DNA of 64,000 nucleotides from Gammaproteobacteria bacterium (GTDB lineage Bacteria; Pseudomonadota; Gammaproteobacteria; Tethybacterales; Persebacteraceae): NCBI GenBank assembly GCA_965243565.1, contig OZ251571.1, positions 905,129 to 969,128 of the forward strand, read 5' to 3'. Shown piece by piece: positions 61,921 to 64,000 of this stretch (position 1 is its first letter; each line of letters starts with the position of its first letter). The notes under the pieces were generated by a model. It saw only the letters and a program-made list of their open reading frames with translations, ran no database searches and was not told where the DNA came from. The position numbers and the translations under genes were made by a program.

Positions 61921-62356
61921 TGCTTTCGGCAACTTTGCCATCAAATTCATTTTTAATAATATTAATATTATTGAGTATCTTATCTTTATAGATTAATTCA
62001 ACATATAGTATTTTTAATAACTTACCAAAGCCTTCTTCACGCTTTTGAAATATATGTTCGTGTCGGTTTTTGTTAAGTATAGAAAGTGATTGATAAGGAC
62101 CGATTAAACGGGAGACTTCGGTTGTTGTCATACCTAATTTTAGTTCGGTGTAATTGTCTCGTAACAATGGACTGCCTTGTGAAAATTCTTTGCGATAAAT
62201 ACAACAGTTTTGAAAAGGCTCAAAGACTACTTTGTCTGTTTTTACAGAAATTTTTCTTAAATGTTCAGAGTAACTACAACCTGTTGCCATTAGCAAGAAT
62301 GATACAGTAATGATAGAATACGAGAATCGACGTAGTGCATTTATAATATTTTTCAT
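61913..62356 (-). CDS. BamE/OmlA-like outer-membrane lipoprotein
   Basis: Lipobox LMATGCS; LKLGMTTTEVSRLIGPYQS resembles the BamE core (IRVGMTQQQVAYALGTP). Divergent from fur, as with omlA-fur in Pseudomonas. Confidence 0.5.
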   Translation of the reverse strand: MKNIINALRRFSYSIITVSFLLMATGCSYSEHLRKISVKTDKVVFEPFQNCCIYRKEFSQGSPLLRDNYTELKLGMTTTEVSRLIGPYQSLSILNKNRHEHIFQKREEGFGKLLKILYVELIYKDKILNNINIIKNEFDGKVAESNE

Positions 62357-62372
62357 AAGTATAGATTCTAAC

Positions 62373-62786
62373 ATGAAAGAAAAATCAATTTTTCAAGAAG
62401 CTGGGCTAAAAAAAACAGCTAGCCGTGAGATTATTTTGGATATTATCAAAAAAAATGCGTCACCAATGAGTGCTCGCGACATTTTAGAAAAAGTATTACT
62501 CCAAAAAAGTAGCATTGGCTTTGCGACAGTTTATCGTGTTTTATCAACATTATGTGATTTTGAATTGGCTCGAAAAATCCCATCAGAAGGACAAATATTA
62601 TACGAAAGCACTCAAACAGAAGCGGTGCCACAAATTGTCTGCTCTCGTTGTGGAAAAATGGAAGAGGTCAACGACCCTGCTGTTATTGCCTATAATGAAG
62701 CCATGTTAAAAAGTAGAGGGCTGGCTGAAAGTGATCCACTACTTATTTATGCAAGTTGTAAGAGAAAAGAATGTATCGACAATTAA
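62373..62786 (+). CDS. fur: Ferric uptake regulator
   Basis: Start at MKEKSIFQEAGLKKT...; winged-helix GFATVYRVL, C-terminal metal-site Cys/His. Confidence 0.85.
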   Translation: MKEKSIFQEAGLKKTASREIILDIIKKNASPMSARDILEKVLLQKSSIGFATVYRVLSTLCDFELARKIPSEGQILYESTQTEAVPQIVCSRCGKMEEVNDPAVIAYNEAMLKSRGLAESDPLLIYASCKRKECIDN

Positions 62787-63388
62787 CCATCCTTTTTGTA
62801 CTATTATTTAATAGTGCTTTAGCCAATGCTGATGCCTTTTTGCTATTTGAGCAATTTATGGACAATGCAAAAAACATCAATCTTCGATTTTCACAAGTAA
62901 CCACGGATGACAAAGATCAGGTTTTAAAAACTGATCAAGGCAACATCGACTTTGTAAAGCCAGATAAATTTCTTATTAAATTCGATTCCCCTGATAATCC
63001 ATTGGTCATATCCGATGGCAAAACAATATGGATATACGAAGAAAGCTTACAACAAGTAATCGTACAATCTTTTTCCAAAGAAGCTCGGACAGGTGTGTTT
63101 GCTGTATTTGCCGAAGGAATCTCTGGCTTACAAAAAGATTATGTCATTAGCTCTGGTTTGGGGGGTGATTTGGCATGGATAAACGCAAAGGCTATTGAAG
63201 TAACCAATAATGTGCCTAGCATTTCTCTTGGTTTTAGTCGTGAAGACGGCTTACTAAAAAAAATTCGTGTTAGTGATTCGTTTGGTGGCAAACTAGAAAT
63301 GACAATAGAGCAAATAAAATTTGGTGTTGTCGATGAGGCTGTTTTTCAGTTTGTACCACCAGAAGACACTGAAGTTGTCAAATATTAA
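62771..63388 (+). CDS. lolA: Outer-membrane lipoprotein carrier protein
   Basis: 205 aa, signal peptide, LolA-family motifs (F.Q....R). Confidence 0.8.
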   Translation: MYRQLTILFVLLFNSALANADAFLLFEQFMDNAKNINLRFSQVTTDDKDQVLKTDQGNIDFVKPDKFLIKFDSPDNPLVISDGKTIWIYEESLQQVIVQSFSKEARTGVFAVFAEGISGLQKDYVISSGLGGDLAWINAKAIEVTNNVPSISLGFSREDGLLKKIRVSDSFGGKLEMTIEQIKFGVVDEAVFQFVPPEDTEVVKY

Positions 63389-63410
63389 TTATTACTTCTT
63401 TTATTAATTT

Positions 63411-64000
63411 ATGCTTGAGACTCCAATGCCATTGTGGGTGCCGAGTCAATCACGTGTTAAAAACAGCAACTTTGTTGCTTTTCAGCAAGCACTAGAGGCA
63501 GAAACAAACGAGCAATTTTCCGATTATCAATCTCTGCACGGCTACACTGTAACTCATAACGAACGTTTTTGGGCATTTTACTTGCGTTATAGTCAATTGC
63601 CATTTGTGGGCGATTATTCTGCCGTTATACAAGGCAATGGCATACAAAATACACGATGGTTTGAAGGGCTGCATTGTAACTACGCCAAGGCTTGTTTATA
63701 TCCGTCACAAACCTCAAGTATGCAAACTGCATTAATTGGTGTTACCGAAACAGGAAATCATGTTTCTATTAGCTATAGCGAATTACGGCATGCCGTTGCC
63801 TGTTGTACAAATTCGCTATTAAAAGCTGGCTTGGGCAAAGGCGATAGAGTAGCCGCTTTGATTTCGAATACATCAGAAAGTGTTATATTATTACTCGCTT
63901 GTGCCTCACAAGGTATTGTTTTTTCCAGTTGTTCTCCAGATTTTGGCTATGAAGCATCACTTGCACGGTTTAAACAAATAGAGCCTCGTTTGTTATTTGC
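63411..64000 (+). CDS. Acetoacetyl-CoA synthetase-like AMP-dependent ligase, N-terminal part (continues beyond the window)
   Basis: MLETPMPLWVPSQSRVKNSNFVAF... matches the acetoacetyl-CoA synthetase N-terminal region. Confidence 0.65.
   Translation, partial: MLETPMPLWVPSQSRVKNSNFVAFQQALEAETNEQFSDYQSLHGYTVTHNERFWAFYLRYSQLPFVGDYSAVIQGNGIQNTRWFEGLHCNYAKACLYPSQTSSMQTALIGVTETGNHVSISYSELRHAVACCTNSLLKAGLGKGDRVAALISNTSESVILLLACASQGIVFSSCSPDFGYEASLARFKQIEPRLLF

Overview
This 64-kb window is a chromosomal segment of an AT-rich gammaproteobacterium, mostly on the minus strand and dense with housekeeping genes. The identification rests on strong ORF-level similarity to E. coli and Pseudomonas proteins (MetG, LysS, TrpS, ProS, Rho, TrxA/TrxB, RuvA/C, UvrA, ThyA/FolA, PrfB, CysGJI, Fur, LolA). 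A host-associated, Legionellales-like lifestyle is only a weak inference from the ankyrin proteins, the Fic gene and the number of gene remnants. Gene content in order: an NAD-binding epimerase fragment, metG, a TRAP transporter (dctPQM), a surface-polysaccharide/LPS cluster (tandem-YrbL kinase-like protein, msbA-like exporter, two glycosyltransferases, a frame-disrupted Fic gene, wecB), cysG-cysJ-cysI, a zone of gene decay (amidohydrolase and PreA-like fragments around an orphan solute-binding protein), lysS, scpA-scpB-rluB, trpS, tsaC-family, ilvE, sppA, moaD-like, smr, trxB, rho, trxA, tRNA-Arg(CCU), proS, a decayed defence-like island (HsdR-N fragment, frameshifted hypothetical, HNH fragment), a 1-Cys peroxiredoxin, two tandem ankyrin-repeat proteins, ruvA-ruvC-yebC, uvrA (frame-broken in a G4 tract), a flavin-reductase-like gene, pmbA, thyA-folA, a putative catabolic cluster (ALDH, M19 dipeptidase, two unknowns, a DMGDH-like flavoenzyme), prfB with its programmed +1 frameshift, a cytochrome b562/b561 pair, dapB, bamE-like/fur, lolA and the start of an acetoacetyl-CoA-synthetase-like gene. 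The most unusual structure is a ~1.5-kb array of ~42 near-perfect 36-bp tandem repeats. It encodes a (SYGDRPSGGGRP)n RGG/YG low-complexity extension fused in frame to the N-terminus of the pseudouridine synthase RluB. Variation among units is almost entirely synonymous in that frame. Every frameshift seen in the window (uvrA, Fic, a hypothetical) sits at a homopolymer, so homopolymer assembly error is a serious alternative to real pseudogenization.
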